Shown here: piece after piece, positions 10,465-22,000 of the stretch
Layout: each line of letters starts with the position of its first letter
How positions within the stretch are numbered: the first letter of the stretch is position 1
Source of the DNA: Diplonema japonicum
Taxonomy: Eukaryota > Protista > Euglenozoa: Diplonemea
Reading direction: 5' to 3'
NCBI GenBank assembly: GCA_964019335.1
Contig: OZ025691.1
Span: 248,001-312,000, forward strand
DNA length: 64,000 bases
Made by a program: the position numbers and the translations under genes
The notes under the pieces: model-generated
Told to the model about the DNA's origin: nothing
Database searches by the model: none
What the model saw: only the letters and a program-made list of their open reading frames with translations

Positions 10465-12618
10465 ATGGAAATCGTGCTTTTGCAACACTACTCGACAGCC
10501 CACAAGACACCGAAACTGAGCAAGGGGAGAGCCAGCAAAAGAGCCTTAGAGTACCTTCCAAATTACACATGCCACATCTACGTCCCAACTCTTGACTGCC
10601 TGTTCGCCGGGAAACAAAACGGTGAAGTCGTAAAATGGAAAACAGCGAAAAAAGAAGGAAGACACACTCTGGAAATACCAATCGGAACCCACGGCGGCCC
10701 TGTAACATGCATTCTACACCACCCAGCATTCGACAAATTCGTCATAACAGGAGGCAGTGACAGTTATATCAAAATCTGGGACATGTGGGGAAACGGAATC
10801 GATGGGAACAAATGCATACAAAGCATCCCGGCACACAATGCGACAGTAACGTCACTCGCAGCGCACTGCGATGTTCTGCTATCCTGCAGCTGCGACAAAA
10901 CCATGAAAGTGTGGAAAGCCGACACAGGCCGATCCTCATTAAAATATCCGTGGTTTGTCATCCGACAGCTTTTCGTTTTCGACTACTGGACAACCTGCAT
11001 ATGGTCCTTCCCAAACAAAATCGCCGAAGATACAATGGGTGAAATATATGTAGGAGACTCTGGTGGCGGGCTTACAATGCTTCGTTCTGTTGCTGCGCAT
11101 CAACTGGATTCTGAAAAAGTTCTTGTCGATGAACTCGAACTTGTAAGGCCGCACATCCGAGGTTTTCGAAGCTTGGGTATTACATGTATTCTACCCGTAC
11201 CTACTTTAAACGTTATTCTGACGTGTTGCTACGACGATGCGGTGAGGCTGAGTGATATCTCGACTATTGAAACGCTTGTCAACCTTCCGAACAAGGACAA
11301 CCCGGGACAGAGATACGTTTCAATGGTGTGGTCAGCAGCGCAGGAGGAACTCGTCCTCGCCGACGCGGACGGGTACCTAATGGTGTGGAATTCCCGGGCT
11401 GACAAATTTGTCGCGTTTACAAAAGCGTGCCACAAGGTCTCCCACATCACAACAGCTGAAATGCAAGGCCGCCACGTTATCATCGCCTCCACATCAGAAG
11501 CAGTCAAGATCTTCACTGTCAAACGATCCCTCCCTTACAAACGCCATCTCGGGCACACACAACGCGTCCTCGACATTTTTATCTACACCAACCCCGAGAC
11601 CGACAAAGACCCTTTGGGCGAGGACAGATGTTTAGTATCCGCATCCGTTGACAATACCATATGCTACTGGTCGTTGTTGCAAGGGCTGCAGTGTACCAAG
11701 ACCATGACGGAGAGGTATTCTGAGATATCCGCGTTTCTTTTTGTCCCGGAGAGTAGGATAGCAGTGACGGGGCATGAGAATGGATCTTTGAAAATATGGA
11801 ATATTAACACAGATAAAACGTGGCGGTTTGCGGGGCATGGGAACACAATATCAGCAATGGTGTACGTGGTTCACAGACACAACACGCTTGGAGTGCTCGA
11901 GGAAAACCAGCATGTCGTGACGGTCTCTTACGACGGATGCCTCGCGGTGTGGGAGGTAAGCGTCAACACCTTAATGCAACCGAAACTGGAAGGGAAGATA
12001 AACGTCTCGCGGGACGAACTCCTCTGCGTCGTGCACGACAAGCTAAAACACACGTACATCACAGCTGGCAACGCAGGAGAGATATCAACATGGAACCTCC
12101 GTGATGTCCATAAACCGCAAAAACTCATGACGATGACAGCATCACCGGAATATGAATACGCAGTCACAACCCTTGCTCTTGACGGGAATTATTTGTTCAG
12201 TGGAAGCGAAGACGAGACTATCAGAATGTGGGACACACACACCGGTGAGCTTCTCAGGAGTTTTCGAGAAACAGGTGAAGTTAATGCGCTTTGTGTGATC
12301 CCGGCAACTGGGAACATCCTGTCCGCAACACGATCTGGGGGTGTGAAGATGTGGTCGCAGCTTAAAGGTTCCGTGATCGCCTCTTTTGAGTCCCCTGTAA
12401 TGGAGGAACTCCGATGTTTGGCATATTGCAAAGCGACGGAAGAGGTTTTTGTCGGGACCGAAGAGGGTGGTATTCTCCGCATCACACTCACGGTGCACAC
12501 CCCCGACCCTTATGAGATCGTTGATGACACTGCAGCACAGTCCCCTGTGTCCAGCCACACCCTCCCTACCATCCCCGAAGAGGGCATTCCAGACGAGTCG
12601 TCGAACCCATTAAGCTAA
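10465..12618 (+). CDS. WD40 repeat protein (717 aa)
   Basis: Multiple GH...S.S.D.TI.(I/V)W repeats, e.g. TGGSDSYIKIWD and SGSEDETIRMWD. Confidence 0.9.
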   Translation: MEIVLLQHYSTAHKTPKLSKGRASKRALEYLPNYTCHIYVPTLDCLFAGKQNGEVVKWKTAKKEGRHTLEIPIGTHGGPVTCILHHPAFDKFVITGGSDSYIKIWDMWGNGIDGNKCIQSIPAHNATVTSLAAHCDVLLSCSCDKTMKVWKADTGRSSLKYPWFVIRQLFVFDYWTTCIWSFPNKIAEDTMGEIYVGDSGGGLTMLRSVAAHQLDSEKVLVDELELVRPHIRGFRSLGITCILPVPTLNVILTCCYDDAVRLSDISTIETLVNLPNKDNPGQRYVSMVWSAAQEELVLADADGYLMVWNSRADKFVAFTKACHKVSHITTAEMQGRHVIIASTSEAVKIFTVKRSLPYKRHLGHTQRVLDIFIYTNPETDKDPLGEDRCLVSASVDNTICYWSLLQGLQCTKTMTERYSEISAFLFVPESRIAVTGHENGSLKIWNINTDKTWRFAGHGNTISAMVYVVHRHNTLGVLEENQHVVTVSYDGCLAVWEVSVNTLMQPKLEGKINVSRDELLCVVHDKLKHTYITAGNAGEISTWNLRDVHKPQKLMTMTASPEYEYAVTTLALDGNYLFSGSEDETIRMWDTHTGELLRSFRETGEVNALCVIPATGNILSATRSGGVKMWSQLKGSVIASFESPVMEELRCLAYCKATEEVFVGTEEGGILRITLTVHTPDPYEIVDDTAAQSPVSSHTLPTIPEEGIPDESSNPLS

Positions 12619-12748
12619 TACAGTTACACTTTCTTCTTTTTTATCTTTTTCAGTTACGCTTCTTTTTTTTTTTTTTTTTTTTTTTTTTTTCTTTGCGGGA
12701 AAAAAATTTTTTTTTTCCCTCAGAGCTGATGGGGGCAAGGGTGCAGCC

Positions 12749-13378
12749 ATGCTGAGCCCGTTTGTGATATCGGAGTCGACGTGGGCCGGGCTGGACGTCG
12801 ATGCGAAAAAGTTCCTGATAACGGTGAGCGAATGGGCCAGCCCCGGGGCAGAAGAAGGGAAACACCCTGGGTGGAGACACAACAGGCCGGAAAAAGAAAA
12901 GAAGGAGGTTCCTCAGCTTCAGGGGTTGGTGATGCTGTTTAAGTCTGCAAAATGGAAAGTAGAGTCGGGCATCACACGGTGCCCATATAAAGGACTCAAG
13001 ACACTCAAGGAACCAGCGACAGACAAAGCAACGGAACTAGAACTGCAAAAATTGGAACCGATACCCCCCCAGCCAAGGTGGTGCGTGGAATACAACAAAA
13101 CACTAGAAGAGCGAACAAGGGACCTCAGAGCTGCCACTGAGGCGGATCGAGCCCGTGTGACCCACATGGAACAACAATTGGAAGCCCAGCTCGCACGTCA
13201 AGCCAACCAAAAGGTTCAAGAGGAGGCTATCCAGCAACAACGGCTCGAGGCCGCCCGTAAAAATACGGAAATAAGACAGGTGGAACGTGCTCGAAAACTC
13301 CAAGAGCTGAAACAGCAAGAAATCGAGACAAGCACCTCGTTGAAATTTCGCCCCCACCCTCCTCGGATCGAGTCCTAG
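12749..13378 (+). CDS. Hypothetical protein with C-terminal coiled coil (209 aa)
   Basis: ORF in coding-like sequence after a poly-T tract and AG; E/Q/R-rich helix. Confidence 0.7.
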   Translation: MLSPFVISESTWAGLDVDAKKFLITVSEWASPGAEEGKHPGWRHNRPEKEKKEVPQLQGLVMLFKSAKWKVESGITRCPYKGLKTLKEPATDKATELELQKLEPIPPQPRWCVEYNKTLEERTRDLRAATEADRARVTHMEQQLEAQLARQANQKVQEEAIQQQRLEAARKNTEIRQVERARKLQELKQQEIETSTSLKFRPHPPRIES

Positions 13379-13473
13379 ACAATGTATTGTATTTACATAC
13401 AACACTAGTTTATAGTCATGTGTTTGTTCCTTTCACTTTTACTCAATGAAATACTCACCTACAGGGGGGTAGC

Positions 13474-14847
13474 ATGTTCACCCCTGTGAGGAGGCCGCCT
13501 ATTGCACGTCGCGAGGCGGATGTGACGACGATTGAGGAGTCACTGAGCAAGCTTGACATGGAACGCGAGCGGTTAATGCAGTCACTGCAGGAGGCAAAAT
13601 CGCGGCAGCATGCGAGGATGGTGCATGAGCCCCGTCCCCCGCCCCCGCCACAGCCTCAAAACCCGTTTATCTACAATAACAACGTTGCGCAGCAGGAGAG
13701 TTCAGTGGCTGCACTGCGACAGGCAGCCGCACACAGCACAGTTCCGACCCCGGCTGCACCGTTGCCATCCAAGCCCCTTGCAATGGAACCGTACCAGCCT
13801 CAACAGCTTCAACAGAGACCGATCAGTTTTTTGCACCCCCAAGTCATCGAACAACCTCACCATCCCCAACAACATGACCTTAACCGTAAAGCTCTCATTT
13901 CGCCTAACAGAAAGCCCAAGTACAGCCAAGCATTCGCGGAAGACCCCGTGAAGGCCTCCCTTGGGATTGACTCAACAAGCAGGTTTGTTTTGAAAGCGGG
14001 CACCGCTGAGGAAACCGCTGCCGCTGCCGCGGCGGCTGCTCGAGCGTCGAGGAAGGTCGGCGAACTCGAGAAGCAGCTGAAAGAAGCGCAGCAGGAAGAA
14101 GTCGTGATGAGAAATAAGCTACGTAGCATATCCCCTGCAGCCGCAGTGACAGAGCAGAGACGACCCTATGCACCAGTTCATTCTGGACCGGTTACGAAAA
14201 TCGCAGGCAGTGAGATTGGAACAAAGATGCCTGTGTCAGTGGCGGTACCGCTGCCGCCGAGTGTGAAACCACCGCCGAATTTTGTAAACTTTGAGCAGCG
14301 GCCAAAGACATCGCCGGTTCGGCCGGTTAACCATCCTATGCACGAAGTTCAAGAGACGCTTCAATACCCCCCTCTGTACACTTCACATGCTGATCTTCCC
14401 CCTGGTGTAGCGGCCGCCCTCTCTGAGGGCGCATTGGAACCGATCAAGCAACGAAGTCAGCCCCAGCAGCAGCGGGAAGCTTCTCATGCACCACCACCAA
14501 CTCCTAATCTTATTCATGCACAGCCTAAGAAAGTGCCACTCCATGAGGGGTTGTTGCCACCTGGTGACTACACCGGAATGGTATAGTTCTCAAACCTCAC
14601 CAACATCACAATCCACACAGGTTAGCAATCAAGCAATCATGCCGTGGGAAACGAAAGCTGCGGTTCCTTCGTCACCAAGGACCAATACCACGTGGATTCC
14701 ACCAAGGTGGAAAAAGGAGGTATCAACAAGAAAGAGAAGAAGAACAAACCCAAAACACAGGCCTCGCCAAGCCCCACCAAAAAGCTTCCCCCTGTCAGGA
14801 TGCCATCCACACAGCAACCCTACTACAACTTTTCGACAGTGTACTGA
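13474..14847 (+). CDS. Pro/Gln-rich hypothetical protein; 3 exons, ~430 aa
   Basis: ORF 13474-14580 is joined by phase-0 introns 14581-14620 and 14720-14760 (both GTAT...CACAG) to an exon ending PYYNFSTVY*. Confidence 0.65.
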
Positions 14848-15322
14848 GCACGCTTCTCTTATTCCTTCCTTTCTTCCGAGCCTTCCCCCCTTGGATGGTG
14901 GGGCCATGCCGTCTTAATCCGATTTGCTTCCCTTTTCCTTGCGACATACCCGGGGTTTCTGTTTCCCCCCCGTTAACAATGAGGGGTTTCCCTTGTACAG
15001 CATTTAGATTCATCAGTTACCTTTTGTTCAAACAAGTGGGTATTATTGTTTCCTTTCTTCTTTTTTTGTTAGTTTAGGTGCGAAGAAGAGTCGTCTGGGA
15101 TGGAACAGAAAGCCAGTTTTTGCATCAGAGAAACCCAAGAAGGACCTTAAGAAACTGGGAAGCAGCAAGAAGAAAGAGAAGATACTTTGAGAAAGGCAAC
15201 ACAACCTAGAAAGAAAGGTGTAGAAAAGTAGAGACAGTAGGACGTTCCAAACAGGAAGAAGGTCCTTTATAAAGAATGACTACCTTGTTGGGATCAATCG
15301 TCTAAACCGATCCCAATATTTC

Positions 15323-15333
15323 GCATCGGTCGT
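15323..15333 (+). repeat. Left target-site duplication GCATCGGTCGT
   Basis: Identical to 18555-18565 and lies immediately before LINE coding sequence begins (RKADWEAF). Confidence 0.85.
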
Positions 15334-18217
15334 CGCGAACCGGAAGGCAGACTGGGAAGCGTTCCAGAACTTTGTAGACGGGAGACTTCGAGGGCTGGAC
15401 GGTTGCAAACAGGTCACGACCTTCGCCAAGAGGATCCAAGAAGCCCTGAGCGAAGCCGCAACAAGGCACATACCTCGGCACGGGTGTTTCACCGAGAGGA
15501 AGCCATGGTGGAACAGCGAACTGGACACGGCCTTTGAAGAAAGGGACACTCTCAGAGACGCCATCCTCAGGGGGGAATCCGAAGATCACGCAGGGCTCGC
15601 TGGGCTCAACAATGCAGTCAACGAGACGGTGAAGGCATCCAAAGAGAAGTCATGGAGGAGCCTCTGCTCCAAGTTCAGCTCCTCCAAGAACTTGCCTGCG
15701 GCATTCAAGGCAGTCAAGGAGCTCGACGGCAGGTCATGGAGGCCACCGATGCCCCCCTTCAACACGGCGACGCTCTTCTCACAGGCAACAAGGCTAGGGC
15801 CGATCGTCTCGGACGCTACTACGAGACGATCTGCGGAGACGACACTGTCCCTGGTCTCGACACAACAGGACAGACGCAGGAACCCTACGAGGGCGGAACG
15901 GGCTACTTCACGAGAACGAAGAGTGCTGCAGGCGACGATGGAGTCTTCAACGTGATGCTGATGCGTCTGGGTAGGGAATCCCTGAGAATCGTTCTACAGC
16001 TGTTCAATCTCTCCTGGGCGAGCGGGCAAGTTCCGGACACGTGGAAACTGGCACTAGTCGTCCCGATCCCGAAGCCGGGCAAAGACCCCACGAAGATTGA
16101 GTCCTACCGCCCCATCAGCCTGACGAGCTGCCTCGGCAAGCTCATGGAAAGGATGGTCGAGGCCCGCGTGACGTATCTACTTGACTCCCCGACAACGATG
16201 GTAGAGGGACTTCACCCCGCCCAGGCTGGCTTCAGGAAAGGGAGGTCCACCGAGGAGCAGGTTGCCGCCATCGTGCCGCATGTGACGATAAAAAGGAACG
16301 CCGAAGTTAAGGAGGCATGCCTCACCATACTCTTTGACTTCTCAAAGGCGTTCGACAGGGTCAACCACGAGGCACTCATTCAGAAGATGTCTCAGAAGCG
16401 CTTCCCCACGGCCTACACCAGGTGGGTTTCCTCCTTCCTAACGTCCAGAACAGCGAGGGTAGTCGTGGAGGGTGTCAAGGGGACCCCTTACAAAATCAAG
16501 AGTGGCGTGCCTCAAGGTTCTGTACTCGGTCCACATGGGGCGACGCATCCGGGCTTCGAATTCCAGCCGCTGGAGCTCAAGGGCCGACTCATCGCCGGGG
16601 GACCTACTCACCTGATCGGGAGGAGGCTCCTGTCCGTTAACCGCACGGCCACGACACGACGCGACGTCTCTGCACTCGTCTCCAAAGGGCTGGTGTATGA
16701 ATTCTCCACGGCCGTCCCCGTCGCGAGGCGTGATAGGGCCAAGTATCTAGGGGTCATCCTTGACGCTGACTTGTCTTTCGGTGCCCATGCCCGCGACATC
16801 ATCGAGGGATACGACAAACGAATTCGCATACTGCGGCTCCTCTCCGGCTCGTCCTGGGGCAGTTCCGCAGCATCACTCAGGTCCTTGTACCTGGCCTACG
16901 TCCTACCGGTGTTCACCTACTCGATTGGCATCTTCTTCGCACTGATGTCTGCTCAAGACAGGAAGGCACTGTGCATGAGGCACGATGAGGCAGCCCGACG
17001 AATCACGGGGTGCGTCAAGAACACCTCCACCTCGGCTGTACTGTGTGAGGCCCGCTTGCGCCCGCTCGACCTGATGGCCGACGCTGCTTCTGCCATTCTA
17101 CTGCAGAGGGCACTGAGGTGGGTGGGAACCCCGGTGAACAGGGTGGTCAGGGGTGCAGCTACCGCAGGATGGGCCTTGGGAGCGCTGAAGGCGACGAGGA
17201 GTTCTGGGCTGAGTGCGGTTGCTTCCCTACCGCTAGGGCCTGATACGAGAGCCCCCCCCTGGGCGGAAGGCATCCACGTCGATCCCTACGCCACCGACAC
17301 CAGGAGGACACTCCCCGACGATGTGAGGGCGGCAGCGGCTGCGGAAAAGCTGGACGAGATCCCAAGCGGCGCTCTGGTAGTGTACACGGACGGCTCGGTG
17401 ATAAGGGGGAGAGGGGGAGCTGGGGTTGCCCTCAGAGTCCCCGACATGGACCTCACCCTTACCACCTCTCACGGGGCCGGCATGGTCTCCACACCCATGT
17501 GCGCCGAGGGCACCGCTATCCTGATGGGGTTGAAGGAGGCTGCGGAGGTGTACAAAACGGTCGTGAACCTGAGGGGCCGCCCTCTCTACCTGCTGACCGA
17601 CTCACAGACGATGCTGCGGAGGCTCGCTGGAGGCCCCGGACAGCAGAGGGAGTCCACGGACAGACGGATCTGGGATGCCGCTTCCTGGCTCAGGGCCAAA
17701 CGCTCTGGTGATGTGCACTTCTGGTACATCCCCTCCCACTGCGGTGTGACGGGGAACGAGCTCGCCGACGGAGCGGCCAGGGACGGGCTGTCGAAGTCGC
17801 CTTGCGGGGTTAGCTACCGCTCCAGCAAGGCGGCCATAAAAGCGTGGCTGAGAGGAAGGTCGCGTGCGAGATACAACAGCGACTCCCCCGGCCACCACCG
17901 CCTCGTCACCGGTGGCGAATGTCTCTCTCTCCCACCACTCAGGGTACCTCCAGCTCAAGGGACCCCTGAGGGCTGAGGGGAGTCATCACCTCACCTGCCC
18001 CGCCTGACAACGTTCAATCACCGCTCGACGCTGATCACCTGCTGAGGGGCTGTCATTCTCTGGCTCCCACAGCTAAGTCCTTCTACGACACTGGGCTGCC
18101 GCTCCGCGCGCTGCTTTCCAAGCACTCCGCCGAGGTCTGCGCCTTCATCGAGGCCTCCGGGCTCTTGTCATGGTCTGAGTGTGGGATCTTCCCCCCGGCC
18201 GACGCAGCACAAGGGTG
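15334..18217 (+). pseudogene. Disrupted LINE ORF: no APE domain, frameshifts near 15900 and 17950, YADD motif missing
   Basis: The frame switches between the 15629 and 15652 ORFs. After PQGSVLGP the expected LF...YADD segment is absent. Confidence 0.8.
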
Positions 18218-18236
18218 ATCGTGAGCCCATTATAGA

Positions 18237-18278
18237 CCCCCCCCCCCCCCCCACACACACACACACACACACTCACAC
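18237..18278 (+). repeat. Poly-C followed by (AC)n microsatellite in the LINE 3' UTR
   Basis: Directly visible. Confidence 0.9.
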
Positions 18279-18554
18279 GCAAATGGGCCAAGAAACAACC
18301 TCCCGGGAGGCAGCCACAGGGAAGGCCGGGAGGGCGCAGGGCGCAGCAAGAGAACGCCCCTGCGTTCAGCCTCGAGGGGACCGCCCCGAATGTAATCAGC
18401 CAGGTCGGCTGTCCCAGGAAGGGGGAACGGAGCACCGAAGGGAAGTTTCAGCCCACGTGGTGGCCCTCTCGGTTACTCCAGACAAAAGACTGGACACCCC
18501 CACACCCTCCCCCCACCCCCAGTTTCCCCCCAGTGGTTATTATTGCAAAAAAAA

Positions 18555-18565
18555 GCATCGGTCGT
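18555..18565 (+). repeat. Right target-site duplication GCATCGGTCGT (tRNA positions -5 to +6)
   Basis: Follows the A8 tail directly and is identical to 15323-15333. Confidence 0.85.
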
Positions 18566-18632
18566 GTAGCTCAGTCGGTAGAGCATTGGTCTAATAAGCC
18601 AACGGTCCCAGGTTCGAGCCCTGTCACGACCA
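18560..18632 (+). tRNA. trnI-AAT: tRNA-Ile, anticodon AAT
   Basis: Acceptor GGTCGTG/CACGACC, D arm GCTC/GAGC, anticodon arm TTGGT-CTAATAA-GCCAA, T arm CCAGG-TTCGAGC-CCTGT (C49:U65 mismatch), discriminator A. Confidence 0.95.
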
Positions 18633-18645
18633 TTATTTTTATTTT
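18633..18645 (+). terminator. Pol III terminator (T-runs) after tRNA-Ile
   Basis: TTATTTTTATTTT immediately 3' of the tRNA. Confidence 0.7.
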
Positions 18646-19084
18646 CTCGAGCATTGTCAAATGTGGCTTTTTGGCGTCAGGAGTTTCACAGCCAGACCAT
18701 TTCCCGCCTGGGGATTCTTCTTGAAGCCACCGAACGACCATTTGGAGGAGTTTTTTGGGTGTTTTGTCACGTCCGGACATGATGCAAGGGCGGTCCTCCA
18801 TGAGGGGGTTTGTCCTGCACTTTGAGTATTTCTCGGATTTATTTCCGTCATGTAATCTCTAAACCATAACCCAGTTGGTATTGATTTTTTTCCCCCGAAA
18901 CAGAGATACCTAGTACTGACCCCCCTTCCCTTTTTAGGGCATGCGGCTTTCGTCTCAGGATAATTTGAATTTTTCTTTTGTGGGTTTGCATCAAACTGAA
19001 ATGGAGGGCCCACCTAAGAAGTGTGAAATGTCTTCCATTGTACAATATTAACAACAAAAGTGGGATTCTCTGCAATATGTGATC

Positions 19085-22000
19085 ATGGAGCCCGTTGAAA
19101 TGGAACGGACTAGAGGGTGGCCGTCTAGCGCGGAGAAAGGCCTGTCAAAGTCTAGAAGAAGAGCGATGCTGAGTGCCATTGATGTGCAAGAGTTAAAGAG
19201 CATTGTGGGGTGTGAGAAAAGGGTGGTCGAGGAAAAATTAAGAGGCTTGTTGATGCTGTTCGGACTGGGTGAGGAAGATTACAACGCAGAGGAATTCGAG
19301 TTGTTTGTCAACGAGGCACTGGGGCAAACCGTATGCGAGCGACATATGCAAAGGCCGGTGGTACAGGAACCAACGTTGAAACACTGGCATTTCCCCGCCG
19401 ATACACTTGAAAGCAACTATCTGCACTCGGAGGATTTCATCGACAAGGCACAAAGTGTCTGCAAGACAGCATGCTATGTTACGTCACGCACAACAAAGGC
19501 TTGCCCTGCCATATTGCTCAAGGATTCCATCATTCTTGCGCCATCTCTCTGTTTCGCTCATGTCACTCACGCCAGGACTGCTTCCGTCACGTTTTGCGAC
19601 TATCCAAACTCTCCTTCGCCACGTATCACAGTCCCCCTTAACCCGAAGGTCCTTCTCATTTCGGGTATGGGTGCTGGAACCTACTTTTCCTACTTCGTCC
19701 TCGACGTCACGGGAACGCAACACATTACAATTGAAATCGGAAGCGATCTGGACACACCGAAAAAGAAGGAAACGTTCCCCGCTGGGACGCCTTTGATAGG
19801 CAGCCTCCCCATTGACTCAATTATAACACTTGACTGTACTGAGGGAGTTCTTCTGAAAGTGATCGAAGGCGAAGGTGATGTCTTGACACTGTTTGCCATC
19901 GAAGGCTCCCATGGACTGGACGCCATCCCTCGCGGGGGCAAAGGTGTCGTTCACCGGGTTGGTACCTCAGAAGCGTACGTTGCAGCGGCGCTTAAAACAA
20001 GCGGGGTGTCAGAGCTGACGACGCATCAACAGAACATCTTGCGTTCAATTCTCGACATGGGGCATTCTTTAGAAGCTCCCGACAACAGCCATTCAACCCC
20101 TGGAAGCCTCGTGACGTTCACACAGCATGGTATGCAATGCCGCGTCGCAACGCTTACCATAAAAAAGACCAATGGAGTTCACCACGTGACAATGAACGAA
20201 GCAGTTCCCAGCCCCCATACAGGGGGGCTTGTCTTTGATCTCAATTGGAATTTTATAGCGTTCTTCACGATGCTAGGGGATGTGTTGCATCTTGCGTCGA
20301 TCGTGCAAGATATGAAGCTGAAGGGGTACGCCGATTTTGTTCGAGGGAACCGTGTGACGCAAGGCAGTGGGTTGCTTGATGGGCGTTTATTGAAAGCGAA
20401 CCCAGACTCGAAACAGAACAAAATGGAGGCGGAGCGATTGGAGTGGGGTGAGAAAGGTTTGGACTTTAACAAGCCGGTGGTCATACCTCAGACGTGCGAT
20501 GAGTTTGTTACGTTCCCACCGTTCTCGGTGGTGCTGAAGGGGTCTCAGGATCAAATCGATACGCTTGCAACAAGAAACGTAGTAGTAAGCATCGAGGTGA
20601 CGCCAGAAGGGTACACAACGCAGCACAATAAGACATTCTTGACGCGAGGCACAGGCGTCTTCTACCATCTGACCGTGTCCCCCGCCCCAAAAGAAAAATT
20701 CCGCCTTGTCGCCCGTGTTGAGATCATCTATACAGGAACTGTTCGGTACCCTTTGCTGCGAAGACACATGATGCCGCAGTACCCCGTGTCTACACGCCCG
20801 CCCTTAACATCTCTGGAAATAGAAGCTATCAACATCGAACCGACACAAGAGGAAGCAGATCTGTTTAACCTCCGGCGAGAGGTAGAGAAGATGAGCGAAG
20901 CGCGTGCCCCTGAGGACGAGGTCAAAACCTTTTACATCAACCACTTCAGCGATTCGTGTAAGACCTCCTGGACGGTGGGGACAAAGGCCGCACGGATGTT
21001 CACGGCAATGCAGCATTCTGACACCGAGTCGGGAAAGGTCAGCTTGGTGCTGTTCTCAGGGAACGGGTTTGGATCGTCTATCCACGCTTCTGTGACTCAA
21101 GGAAGGGTCATGCCAAACCTTCTAAACGCTCTATGTGTCGATGTTGCGGTAGTTGGAAACCATGATCTTGACTTTGGGTTGGAGAGGTTTGCGTATCTGT
21201 CCCGGGCCTGCCAGTTCCCATGGGTGCTGTCAAACGTGCTTCACAAGACTGATAAGAAGCCTATACAGCCAGCAGTGTCGACAGCCGTGGTGCAAGCTCC
21301 CGGAACCGACATCAAAATCGGTCTCGTTGGCCTCGTCGAAGAAGAATGGGTCACCAACAACATCCCCCTCCGGAATGAGTACGCCTTTGAAGACATGGTA
21401 ACGGTAGCTAGAGAGCTGTCTCTGGGTTTGCGCAAGACGTGTGACGTTGTAGTGGCTTTGACTCACATGAAGCTAGCAAATGATGTCGCGTTGGCCGAAG
21501 GGACACAAGGTGCAATCGATGTTATCCTTGGCGGGCATGAACAAGAAGCCTCCAGACAACTGATCGGAAAGATCCCCGTTATAAAATCAGGTAGCGGGTT
21601 CGACTCCTTCTCTCGGATCGAAGTTCGAATGAAAGGGAAAGCGATCATGTCGGTACCGTGCGGAGAGCTGGTCACAGTGGGCACGGAACACCTTCCAGAC
21701 GTCTCGATTCTACAAACGATAGCAGACGGGAACACTAAGTTCGACATCGACCTGGACAAGGTCCTCGTGACAACCGACGGCGCGTTCGATGTAACAGCAG
21801 CACACGTCAGGACCTCGGAGTCCGCAATAGGAAATTTTATAACAGACTTAATGCTGGGTTACTATAAGCCTTGTAAGGCGCAAGCTGCCATTCTGCAAGC
21901 CGGTTGCCTTCGGAGCGACAAGGTCTTTGAAGCAGGCAAGTTGACGATCCGTGACCTGTTCTCAATTGTGCCAATAGAAGACCCTTTGGTGCTGCTACAA

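Larger units (their letters stand above)
15334..18554 (+). mobile_element. 5'-truncated, defective non-LTR retrotransposon (RT + RNase H; Ingi/I-group-like)
   Basis: Begins at the post-endonuclease motif RKADWEAF. RT motifs: WK.A.VVPIPKPGK, YRPISLTS..GKLMERMV, QAGFR.GRST, DFSKAFDRV, GVPQGSVLGP, KYLGV. RNase H motifs: YTDGS, AEGTAI, LTDSQ, YIPSHCGVTGNELAD. Degenerate C-terminal Zn knuckle (DHLLRGC). A8 tail 18547-54; 11-bp TSD. Confidence 0.92.

Noticed and set aside
15077-15190. Short Lys-rich open frame after TTTAG upstream of the LINE
   Set aside because: No start codon or upstream donor could be assigned, and it lies outside the TSD, so it is not part of the LINE.
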